From assembly GCA_025786725.1 (NCBI GenBank), contig JAHLTZ010000034.1:220973-284972 (forward strand): a DNA stretch of 64,000 nucleotides, written 5' to 3'. The position numbers were made by a program, and so were the translations under genes. The stretch is from Syncephalis fuscata S228 (Eukaryota > Fungi > Zoopagomycota). The notes below the pieces were generated by a model. The model saw nothing but the letters and a program-made list of their open reading frames with translations. It was not told the origin of the DNA and did no database searches. Of this stretch, positions 35,682 to 48,150 are shown piece after piece; within the stretch, counting starts at the first letter, position 1, and the number at the start of each line of letters is the position of its first letter.

Positions 35682-37326
35682 ATGGATGCCGGTGAACGCC
35701 TTCAAGTAATTATTCAGTACTACATGTAGCAATAGACTAACACAGCAATAGTGGGAGATATTCTGGCGAACAGTAACGCCGTTTCCCGATAAAGATTTGT
35801 AAGCCAGTGTAGCTATAGCGCGTATACTGCTATTGACTAATGAGTATTTGAATTACAGCGCAGATTGTCTTAATAATCCCAACTCTATAGCATTGTCTGT
35901 AGATCAGATTAATAAGCAAATTAACCGAGCAAAGGTTTATCAACATGCAGCACAGATGGAATTGTTAGAGATACAGCGTAGACGTTTACAAAAACATCAT
36001 GACGAATTTGCAGCTGGTTGGGAAGATAGTTGGCCGTATGATGATATGGAGCCATTAGATATACGTGGGCATCGTAATGGTCATGAGATCGACGAACTGG
36101 TAGGCTCGCAAGAGCAAATAGCAGGCAATAATGCTTATAAGCCAGCCATGACAGAAAGTGAGTCTTTACCATCTAGTAATAGTGATCATCAGTCTAATGA
36201 AGCAAATAAATATCATATTTGAACAAAAGATGAACACCAAGTATTAAAGCAAAAGAAGCGCAAACGAGAATTATATGATACCATCAATGTAAGTGTATTT
36301 ATTTGTAAATGTTGTATTATATTAATTGGTTAATTAAATCAGGATGTGTATATACAATCACGGCGAGAATTAAGACAAACACAGCAAATGACATTTTTAA
36401 TGCTGCGAAGTATACAACAAGAGGAAATGTTTACTATGTGGAGACAACGAGCAGCAGCTGAATTGACTTGGTCGCATGTTGTTTGGCATGGTTTGCTTAC
36501 TAAAGGACGCGATTCTTTTCGTGTTCGTGCGTTAACTAGAGATAATGTACCATTACCAACATTGTAGGTATACTATTACTTAGCTAGTAATGGCTAATAA
36601 TACAATGATAATTAGGCCTGATAATCTACTATTGACACAGCGATGCCAGTTAGCAGAAGCAGCGTTATTGCTTACCCATCCTAAATTACGACTATTCTTA
36701 ATTCAAGCTGAAACACCACCATCATCGACACCAGTAACTGGCGATGATGCAACTTCAACTGATGCCCAAGCAGCATCAAGCAAATCAACGGAAATAACTG
36801 ATTCCAATAGCGTAGAATTTAGTGACCAGATTGTTCATTTTCTTCACCAGCATCACTATGTAAGTTAGTGTAGAGGACATAGTAGTAATGATTGTATTAA
36901 GTATTTGTTTAATAGGCGGCCATTGTTCCATTATCTAATAATAGCAAATTACATTTATTACCGGTCACTAAACTGCATGTACCCGGCAGTGTACCGCCTA
37001 ATCTTTTACAGCATTTAAAAGAAACAGGCACCATGACACTTTTAGCCATTCTTGCGCCTGCACCATCGACACCAGCTATAGATCTGGATAAAATGGATGA
37101 CAATACAGATCAAGCGCTAGCCCCGCTGCTTGGTAATATCGACCGTTTCACAGTGAACCCGCGAGGAGTTTGGCCTGTAGCGCAAGGAACAGCGTCAGCA
37201 TCTCAAAGCAGATCCAAGGCGGCAAGTGCCAATGAATTAACACGACGTTTATTTCAAAATGCCTTGGCCGATACGCGTTGGCTACATACCAACGCATCCT
37301 CTTCTACTAATCTTCCATGGGAATAG
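35682..37326 (+). CDS. Hypothetical multi-exon protein with an N-terminal coiled coil
   Basis: Chain of open exons with GT-AG sites (MDAGERLQ|WEIFWRTVTPFPDKD|...QMELLEIQRRRLQKH...|...NLPWE*). Divergent from DPM2. No family recognised. Confidence 0.7.
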
Positions 37327-37469
37327 AGTTATATAATATAAACGATGCGTGCTTACATAATATTATGTTTAAATCAATAGACTATTAACACAGTGTAGTA
37401 GTATTGGACAATTGAATAAATATATAGTAATAAAATGAACATAATTTATTATTAAGCTAAGTAATAATG

Positions 37470-40355
37470 TTAGATGTGAGCTATTTGTAATATTACAGAT
37501 ACTTACCAGCCTTGACCATGGCAATATCAACCTTTGCATCATTCATTTGAAGATGTTCCATGGCCTATAAATGAATTGGTTATTGATAACGTTATATTGA
37601 GTATTCATAAACTTACTTGATCCTTCGTTCCTGTCAAACATAAAGTAGTAGTGAAGTGGCGCTTGTCACTCGTATAAGTCGAATGGTGAATACCAATAAA
37701 TTGGTTTGTACTTGTTTCTTCAAGTGTCATTTCTTTCACTGTATTCTTCTCCTTCTCGTCTTCTTCCTCTTCTTCATCGATTGAATGATTGGTTTTAAGA
37801 ACAATCGTATCATCTTTTGACTTTGCATCAAATGATTGACCTTCATCAACGGATCTATACCTAACAGTGGTGGTTTGTTTAGGTCGTCGACCATCGACGG
37901 CCAGATCAATATGTACATCAATGTACATTGGCTGAGTACCCGCCTTCTTGAAACGTAACAATAGTGCATGTCTTTGATCTTCTGGGGGATAGCTAATGGT
38001 ATAGTGTGTAGTGGCACTTGGATTCATCATATTGCCTTCCATACCACTGGTTGTGACCGCTCCTGTTGATACAAAATCAACCCATTCGACATCCGTGTCC
38101 AATAGTTTGTTTGTAATTATAACAGTCAATTGATAAGGAGTGGCACTTTTTGGTTCTATTAAAATAGTATTTGGCTAATTAGTTTTACATTAATCCATTG
38201 AAATAAAGCTTACTTTCACACTTTTCATACTGGTCCTTGTAAAGTGCCTATTGAAGCAAGTGATTAATTAATTAAAGATGATATTACTTGAATTATACAT
38301 TAGATGGTTACCTCTGTATCAAACGGATCTTGTAATGAAATAGAGAATAGCTGCGGTGACTTGATCATCTCGTAAGTCATAAGATTTGCGGTACTTTTAC
38401 AAGGTAGGGTAATAGTGCGCTCCATAAGATGCGTCACTTCATAGGTATTCTCCATAATAGTGTTGGATATTACTCCACCTATGTTCTTTCTGAGATTAGC
38501 TTGTTTTAAAAAGTAGCTAGCAAGCTTGTTAATCTGTTCTCCTGAACGTTTGTCACGACGTGTATAGATCACTGCAGTGATGTAATTATTAGTACCCCAG
38601 GATACTACTAGCAGACAGCGGTGTGGTGAAGTCTTTACACCTTTCTTCGATGTAATCGCGTAAATTTGCTGGATATAATTGCGCTCTGTCGGTATTGGCC
38701 GTCGATGCAAACAATAGCCATGCTGTAATAACAGACCATCGTCGCACTCGCAAATAAACCTTTCGTCTCTTTCGCCGTGGGCGGGATATATCGGCTCAAT
38801 TAGCATACCGGAAGAACTATTGTTGTCAACAAGTACTAGGCCTGGCCCAGTAATTGATTTCTTTTTTAAATAATCATTGACATCGCCCATTACACTATGT
38901 GTAGGAAGTCTATTAGTTATGTAAATTACGTAATGATAAAAGTTAGTCATTTATCCTATTATTAAATGTTTTGTAAATAATAGTAAACTACCTATAATAA
39001 TCTGTTGATAAAAATGACGGAATACCATGCAAGTTTGACCGTAAAGACTTTCTAAGCATAATGTCGAGTACTGCATGTGGCTCCATACGGAATGCAACCT
39101 TCATTTGAAGACCCAATTCATCAAGTCGCCATTCGGCCGGGTGTCCAACCGACACCATGTAATGACTAAGCATATCGTTATGCGCATTGATAAGCGAGTC
39201 ATTTGATCGCGGAAATATTCCATCCTTTACAGTTAACATCTTAATGCTTGCTTTACGCTTGCTAGCATCGTGTGGCACCACAAGCGCATCAATGGCCAAA
39301 AACGTACGTCTTCCCCATAGTAAAGGCTGGTCGCTATTATAGCGTGTAAGCTCAAAAACAAGACATCCACTTGTTCGTGCAAACATAACACCGGCCGATT
39401 TAAACTTGATAATTGTATTATCATACGGACCCACAATGAGTGACGGCTTCATGGATTGTTTTCCTTCAAAAGGAGTAGGTTCAAAATTGCACAATAATAG
39501 TTCATCGCACTCATTGCGAATAATGATTTTGCAACTACTACTAATAAGACTAATCTTTGAATTGGTACTACTTGATGCTATGTTAATAACAATAGCAATA
39601 ACAATAATAAGTTATAGTAATAAACGTTTTGCACAAATAGTAATACTTACTACCATCGTCCCACGAAGAAGGCAATTCAATACTAATGGCCATAACATTA
39701 ATAAAACATTTTGTAGTGTATTATTAGTTCAACTTACTTATTTGTCTTTATAAGATAGGGCCGGATAGATTTCTTGCGATGGCCCGCTTTTCAAGAACAA
39801 CATTCATTGTACTAAGACGTGTATCGGTCATACTTACACTAACGGTGAAATCGTTGATTGTATCATGATCAATTGACCATGTACGTGTAAGTGTATTTGA
39901 TGCATCTTCAAACTGACCAAGAACGTAGTTTTTATAGTGATCTTTTAACTGCTTTTCATTCCAAGAAAAAGCATTTCGATCATTTTCAATCAGATCCATT
40001 ACAACATGGAGCGACCATTAACTTGGATCTTCCAACCCAGTAAGAGGTATAGATTCTTCATACTGGTTTCTTGACCATCACGCCGATTAATACCGTAGAT
40101 AAGACATCCATGTAGTTTAAGACTTGATGTATTTGCCTTAAATTTGGCCACCGTCTCTTTCATCGGCTTTATTTCAAAGGTTGGCACTCCATGACATTCG
40201 CCGGACGAGCAATAGCGCACAAAGTGTCGAAATACTAAATTCGAGTGCTGGTTCGAGACATTAATATCAAGAGTAGTCCGAGTATTTTCCCATATAAAGT
40301 AGCCGGCCTTGCCTAGCAGTTCAGCCGCTTTTACCACTTCTCCGACGCCAGCCAT
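37470..40355 (-). pseudogene. Multi-domain actinoporin-like protein 1 (about four beta-sandwich repeats); two apparent 1-nt deletions in exon 1 (pseudogene or assembly error)
   Basis: Domain 1: amphipathic helix then RTTLDINVSN...YCSSG...P.EI.P...GCLIY...LLLGW. Domain 2 ends HAVLDIML. Frame breaks at ~40000 and ~39751; downstream splice phases are consistent to the stop at 37470. Confidence 0.6.
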
Positions 40356-40732
40356 TGAACTAGATAACAATACAGTATGGTAGTAAAGCCGTTTAGCAGT
40401 ATTTTAAGCAATAATATAAACAAAGTTTAACTAGAGATGAGCGAGTTGAAAGAGCCGTGATTGCGTGCATAAGTGCACGGTGTCTGCCATTGTTGTACCT
40501 ATATGGATACCACAATGGGCGCCCTGAAATATACTTGTTTCTAAGCATTTGTGTTACACAGTAATAACATATTGTACAATTTATAGCATAGTAAACTTCA
40601 TTATTATAAAATATTATTTATGTATTAAATCCATTTATTATTATTATTATTATTATTATTTATTGACTAATTATTAATTTAAACTCAAATACTAACGCAT
40701 CATTTCTTAGTACTAATTTTTGTCGACATAAT

Positions 40733-43309
40733 CTATGTTCGCCAAACTTTGACAACATCATCATTACCGCCGGTAACTACTCGACGGCCTGCAAATCGTA
40801 CACACGACACTGGCTCACGATGAGCGCGGAATGCCGATCGTTGGAAATTGGCTCGATGATAAATCTATAATAAATAAATTGATAAATACTACTATATTAA
40901 AGCGCTTTAAAAATAGTTTACCTTAACTTCGCTATCGCCAGCTGTACAAAGTACTTTTGCATCGTCAAATTGCAGCGATGTTACTGGTCGTTCAAAATTA
41001 ACAGTATCAAACACTTCACCGGTTCGCAGGTCCCATATCTTAATTGTACCGTCTTGACCGCCGCTTACTACACTACGCTGATCAAACTGCAAGCAGTTAA
41101 CGGGGCCAGCATGACCGGATAGCGTACGATGTGTCTGGCCAGTTCGCAGATCCCACATGCGAATAATACCGTCAGCTGTACCGCTACATAACGCATACTG
41201 CCAGAACTGTAATGCACCAACAAAGCTATCACTTGAAGAGGCATATGCATTCGAAGGAGGTGGTCGTGCACCATGAGCTGCCCACCAGGCATCCATATGT
41301 AAAACACAGGTACCTGTGGCCAGATCCCATTGACGCAGTGTACGATCAGCCGAGCCAGAAACCTATTTTATTATTACGTATTAATGATATCTCTTTAAAT
41401 GGCTATTATATTGACCTACCAAGCAGTTAGCATCGAAATGCAGACAAGTAACGGCATCTGTATGGCCGGTAAGTGTATTGACAAGGCAAGAATCGTTAGC
41501 AGGCTCCTCGGCTAATAATGTATCCTGAATAATTTTATTTTTACGATGTCGTCGATGAGATTTACCATCAGCTACATTATCGTTTGCCATTTGTTCTTCC
41601 GTATCATTAGCATTTGCATTATCTGCTGCTACTGCCTCTGTATCTTCTTGTTCTTCTGTCTCTAGCTGTGTTGTATCTGTCTCTTTAGTGCCACGTCTAC
41701 TGCGTCGATGTGATGATCGCTCATTTTTGGCATTTAGTTTTGATAAATCCCATTGACGAATAGTACGATCTTGAGAACCAGTAATTAATTGTTCACCCTC
41801 CAGTTGTAAGCAATAAATTGATCCTAATTATTTAGTACAGATTAACAAATAATAGTTATATTTATATTAATGTTATTACATATTATTATCTCTTTACTTA
41901 CCTGAGTGATCTGATAATATGTGTTCACATTCACCGATATTACCATCCCATACACGTACAGTTCGATCTGATGAACCAGAAACAACACGCCCAGTTGTAA
42001 AATCAAGATCAATACAAGTGACAATACCATCGTGGCCTGTGAGTGTATGACGACAAGTAGGGACAGTTTCAGAGGAGGTGCGTTGGCGACGACGTGTTGT
42101 TTTAGCTGACGATCGTGCATCTTCAGACGACGATAGCGAATGGCCTTGCAATTGATCCATAGGAAGACCGCGAGGCAAGCCTGGTTCACTGGCTACAACA
42201 CTGGCAGTGGCTGGTGGTGTATCATCGTCATCCAAATTCTCTAATCTATCAAGTAATCGATCACGTCGACGTTCTAATGAGGCAATACGGCGCTCGACAT
42301 CACCAAGTGCTTCCTTTACACGTCTCTAATAAATCATGGCTAAATAATTAATCTGTTATTTTTATAAATACTTACCCGTTGTTCTTTAAAATCCACTGTA
42401 TCATCTACTCAGTCTATTAGCTATTTGTATCAAATAATATAATATAATTTAACAATTACCATCAAGAAACTCATCATTACTATCACTATCGCCATCTTTT
42501 CCATCTAATGCAACACGAGCGGCCCGTCGATGTGCATAGCGAAAGCCATCATATAATGAATTGGGTCCAATTTGATTATCATCTTCTGCTTGGGTCGAGG
42601 GAAGGCGGCGCTGAGCAAGTAGCCGCATACGCTGTGGTCCAATCATGCTGACTACCGACAATGGGTGCCAAAAGAATACAGATGCTGACGCAGCCAGCAT
42701 TGTAGTAAATGGCCGTACAATGTAGGACAGGACCGACGTTGACTGTGGTTCTGGAAGTTTTAGCATTTCTCGATCGGCGGTTGATTTTTTAGGCGATGCT
42801 GCTGCCGTTGCCGTCTTTGTAACTGCTCTTACTACGGTCTTTGACGACATTGGTGATAAGGGCCTTTTATCAACTGTTTCAGTACCTTTTGTTTCAAAAC
42901 TGTTAGATCCAGTTGTTGTATTTGTATTCTTTTCACCAATCAGATCAGATGACACAGGGTGACTATTTAATAATGGGGCGGTAAGCTGTACGTTGGCCAA
43001 ATCTCTATCGTGAGTAGACGATGAGGACGATAATTGCAGAGAAGATGGAAGCTCGTTGGCAGATGTGGAATCAGTACAGGCGAGAATTGCGCGGGCCTCC
43101 GCGATCTGTCGCTGGTCGCTTTCGTCACTACTTTCCGCGCTATCGGCTGGAGAAGCAGCAACAGCAGCAGCAGTAGAAAAAGCAAATGGACCTTTTTGTT
43201 CCGCTGAACGAAAAGTAGTATTGCTGCTATTGCGACGACGACGACGACGTGGACTAGACGGAGAAGAAGAACGACGGGTAACGTCAGCAGTGTTTGCCGA
43301 CTGTGACAT
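40733..43309 (-). CDS. MDV1: Mitochondrial fission WD40 adaptor Mdv1/Caf4
   Basis: Disordered N-terminus with SLYDGF, a coiled coil, then WD40 repeats including FVGALQFWQYALCSGTADGIIRMWDLRTGQTHRTLSGHAGPVNCLQFD. Confidence 0.9.
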
Positions 43310-43609
43310 GCGCAGAGAACGAATTCAAGCTTGTCAGATAATGAACAAAGAAAAGTATGTAACTAGTAGGTGAAAAGACAGTAGTATACACGCAAATCAA
43401 GCCTTCTAAATGAAGATAGCGGCGACCATAGAAGAAGCCGAATGGCGTGGAGAAGAAGAATGAGAAAACTCAAAGCGCAAATAGATTTGTGTTACAATCA
43501 AACATGAATGCTCTACACCAATCATTAATTACGATGACGTTGGTTACAGCTGAGTAGCAATAATAGCAATAATAGATAATTCATAACAATGGAACGTATA
43601 ATAAAAATG

Positions 43610-45476
43610 ATTTACATGCTACATATTTAATTATACAAATAAAATAATTTATTCAACAAATATTTAATGCTTTAACCTGTATAGAAATGTCGTTATTTTA
43701 TTGTTGAACATTTCAAAATAGCAGTTAAGCAATGTTATATTGTAATGATAGTGTTGTAATAGCAAATACTGGTGCTAGTCAGCATGATATGCAAGGTTAT
43801 ACATGTGCATTTCTTAGTGTAGGATAATTATGTTGCACTATATATAGTTGTTTTATTTATATCATTGTTATTACAGTAATATTAAACAATTTGTTAGTCA
43901 TTTAATGTGATTTGGTGATCAAATAACTAAATTTAATAACATCTGCGTAATTGAAGTACACACTTGTTCTATTGAATATGAAGCCGATGATAAGTTTTAT
44001 TAAATAATTAAATAACCATATTATACTGTTTGTTTTGTGATCAAATGACTCCATTCAATGACATCCAATCTACTGAACATGAGGATGGATGGAGAGTGAC
44101 ATCAATAATCAAAATACTCATCATTGTAGATTCATTATCCAGTACACATATATCCACTATTTACCTATATCATTCTCATACTGTTCCATACTACTGTATA
44201 TCGTTCTATGTTATACCGAACACATTCTATTGTTTATATGTCCCAATACACTTTACTCACTCCACTCATTGCGTTATATAGACTATAACCTCAACCCCAA
44301 TATTCATACTATTCTATATCATTTTATTATATAATATCAACACATTATTTGAAACTGTTTTTGTTTGATGCTAGTTTAATTACTAATAATTTTAAAATTA
44401 TTTTGTTTACTTGCTCGTGCATATATGTGGAATGTAACTATCTGATAAATAAACTAGTTAATGCAAATTGGCTATGGTTTTAATGCTAGTAGAGCAAATT
44501 GATGAATATCCACAGTAATAACAAGTTCAACCAAAATAAGGACGCAATGGATTGATAAGTACGCAAATAGAGAAGAAAGCTAGAAATAAAACAGTGTAAA
44601 CAGTAACAACATAGTATTGCAATGACGATATATGCGTACTAGATAATGAATATACAATAATAAATATTTAATTACTGATACCATTCACCAACCAGTTTTA
44701 TGTTCAATAGAACGGATATGTAGTTAGTTGCACGAAAGAGGTTTAGCGCAAATGCTGGCACATAATGCTTAGCACAAATGCTGGCACATAATGCTTAGCG
44801 CAAATGCTTGACCTTAACCTCATTCCACTCATTACGCTATATACAATGTAACTGTAATACCAACTATCATACACTTTCTATTGCATATCTATTCTATTCT
44901 ATATCATTCTATACTCACTTAGCCTTACTCTGTTTGAAACTGTTTTTATTTTGTTTTAGCTTTATTATTGATAAGTTTCGACTAATGTCGCTCATTTGTT
45001 CATATATATATGCTTATTAACTTCAACACTGCTAATCAGTGCTCGACATTGTATAATCATTATATTGTATATTGTTTTATTGTTTAATAAATACGCGCTA
45101 GCTATTACAGTCTTTTTTGGTATAGAGCTATTGTTAATAGACGTCAACTAATTTCAACTCATTCATTTAGCAAACTACATGTAATTAAAATATATAACAA
45201 TAGAATGTATTCAATATGTCATACAGTGGCATACACCAGTGTGGGATAGAATGGGAATGATATAGGTGGATAGAGTGCTATGTGTGTATTGAATATATGC
45301 ATACTGGATAATAAATCTACGTGATAAGTATTTGAACTTTGATGCAAATAGTATTAAGTTTAGTCATTTAATCACCAAATCAATGTATCGAATTATTTAT
45401 TATTTACAAAATGCGCCACCCGTTCCCGTGTTAAATAGAAGAAATATTAGTTTAGTTACGCGAGTGATCAAGTTTG
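43610..45476. mobile_element. ~1.9-kb dispersed repeat, copy 2 (inverted relative to 7831-9778)
   Basis: Reverse complement of 7831-9778 with scattered SNPs and three fewer 26-bp minisatellite units. Confidence 0.9.
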
Positions 45477-47086
45477 ATAATTTAATTTTCATTCATCTTA
45501 AATATAGCTATAACAAACTTAAAATAAATAAATGACTAACTAGATTATTAGCTAGTATTGCTAAGATAGATAGTGTGATGTAGCTGTATTGAACGTAGCT
45601 ACTTGTAATACATTAATGTTTGCGAGAAGAAAAAACCATATTTGTTTAATAGAAGAACTACCTGAATATTAATACGATAATATGAGCCAAATAAATAAAC
45701 AAAATTTTGCGGCTCTATGCTTGCTGAATTTGAGGTGTTCCTAAATATATATCTATTGAAGACAAAATAAGTAAATTGTATGCGTAAATCAGCTATAGCA
45801 ATGCTGCTTGTCACGTAGCCCATTGGTAAACACTCGAAGCGGCTGTTATACGTAATCAAAAACCGCAATGATGCTGTTGCGCAGATTGATTACAGAATGA
45901 TGGTAACTGCATTGTAAATCAGCATGGCCAGAGACAGAAATAACGGCTTTATAATTATTCAACTAACCGACTGTTCACTAATCTTAGCCTGCATATTCAT
46001 GGAGGCAGTTTGTATACGTTTTACCGTATAAATCCTATGCATTTCTATGCAGTGTCCCAATAGCAACCGTTGGATATACAACGCACAATTTTATCCTTCA
46101 TTTAAATCAACTAACATACAGATGATTTTTAAAAAATCCGTTGTCTATACACTCTAAATGCTTGTCAGTGTGACTACATAACAAACACATAGCGAACGCC
46201 ATGTTTATTAAACAGAAGTTCAACTGATTATGTGTATTCTAACATCGTTTGCAGCATGTTGGGGTGCATGTTGCAAAATCATACAGCGTCTAGTTGCCTG
46301 TATATCCAGCAATGCTCACATAATCAAAGGCACGACTGTATTGCGCTACACGTGCCAGTTTGCTTAATATGCTAAACGGTAAGCAGTGGTAATCTTGTAA
46401 TCTTCAAGTAATTTACGGGCGTAAGATAAGCTGAATAACAAATAACAACAAAAGTAGCGTAAGTATATTGGACAAAAAGGAATGGTAAGAGAAGATAAAA
46501 AACGTAGTGTTTGGTTTGGAAAAGCGATAAAGCCAACTTGTATTAGGGCAATGGCGAGATTCCGCAATGAAACATGACATCTAAGACCGCTTAAGGACGA
46601 CGAACTACGTATTATTGCCAGTCTTCAGTAAAAGCAACTATTGGTGCGGTATTCAATAACCGTTTGTCTTTTTGTACATTTATTGCTATTTCACATATTG
46701 ACTGAGCATTAATACGGGCAATATATTTAAAATATGATAAACTGATGGATTAAATCTACGTTACACGATTCAACCGATCAAGCGTAAAATGATCTATGCT
46801 AAATTTGTGTGAATGACATAGTAAAAAGTTTTATTTGTTTAGTCATGTTATTATGCCTTTATTTTAAGCAGTGCTGATCATTTAGCCAACACTCAGAGCA
46901 ACCAAATTAAACCAGACTTAGGCCAATAGGTATAATATATATTATTGGCTTATATGCTGAGTACTAATGTAACCTATTTAAAATATCTTTAAAGCAAATT
47001 GTTTTTGGCTGAGCTTATTCGACACAATTAAAAGCAATAATAAAGTGGGCAACACTATCTATAATCATATCGTAGATACGTCTATA

Positions 47087-47616
47087 CTTTGTCTTTATGT
47101 TCAAATGCCATTTATTTAGTCAGGTTGGCTATAGGAAAGTGGCTGTTTAATAAACAACTTTATAATAAGTATATTAATCTTGATCTTACATCACAAATAT
47201 ACCCAAAATATAATAGTAGAATATTAGAAAATAGAAGAGACCATTCAGATGCAATAATCCATGTTGTACATAGATGCAACAACAACAAATGCGAAATAAC
47301 ATAAATTGCAATTATATGGCTTCTATTAATATTCAGTCAATAGCTCTACACATGGACAGTAACAACAATAATCGGCCTTAAATGTTTCAAAGAACTCAAA
47401 TAGTATGTTACATTGTTTATTAAAATGTTTAAAATAGCAGCTACTAATACAGTCTTTTGTTATATTTAATCAATTCTATTTTATGGAAATGCTAATGGAT
47501 AATAATATTAAATTAATTTTTATTGTGAGTGATGATTTAAACACTAATCAATCTAATCAACTCATTATCGTCGATTGCGTAAAAAGATTTACTGCACTAA
47601 AGTAGGGGACGCAAAG
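47087..47616 (+). mobile_element. Non-autonomous Fanzor-derived element, copy D (530 bp, TA-flanked)
   Basis: TA|ctttgtc ... ggggacgcaaag|TA, with the internal relic LTSQIYPKYNSRILENRRDHSDAIIHVVHRCNNNKC...YMASINI. Confidence 0.75.
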
Positions 47617-48150
47617 TAAATGTCAGCATAAATGTTAAATCACTATGACGATATTATGGCTAGATACGTTTACAGAGTTCGATCAACTGACTCTGTTGGT
47701 CATCTATTAATAGATAGCGTATCGTATACTGAAATGGCCAGCTGATATTTGCCATTCAATAATATTTTATTGTATATATACACGATTAATTGCCACATGC
47801 TTTACTAAGCATTGATGAGTCAATTGCACACAAATAAAAACTGGATTCCGAATAGGGCTTGGCCATTATATTTTATCCGTTTGATCATCTGTCTTTCTTA
47901 TCCGTTAATCCGCCACTTAAAACATCGCTTTGAATCAATAGTAGTCCATAGCAATATGCTTTTATGTATAAAAAAGTAGTTTTCACTTTTTTCTTCTTCT
48001 TAAAGCAGGCAGTTTTACTTCCTTTGGTCACTATTTCACTCTACGTTTATTTCACTCCTATTTACGTTTCTCAGTGCATCTGACTTTGAATATCTTACAA
48101 GACGCTATTGATTGATATTGGCATTTATAGGTGTGCATTCTATTGTAAAT

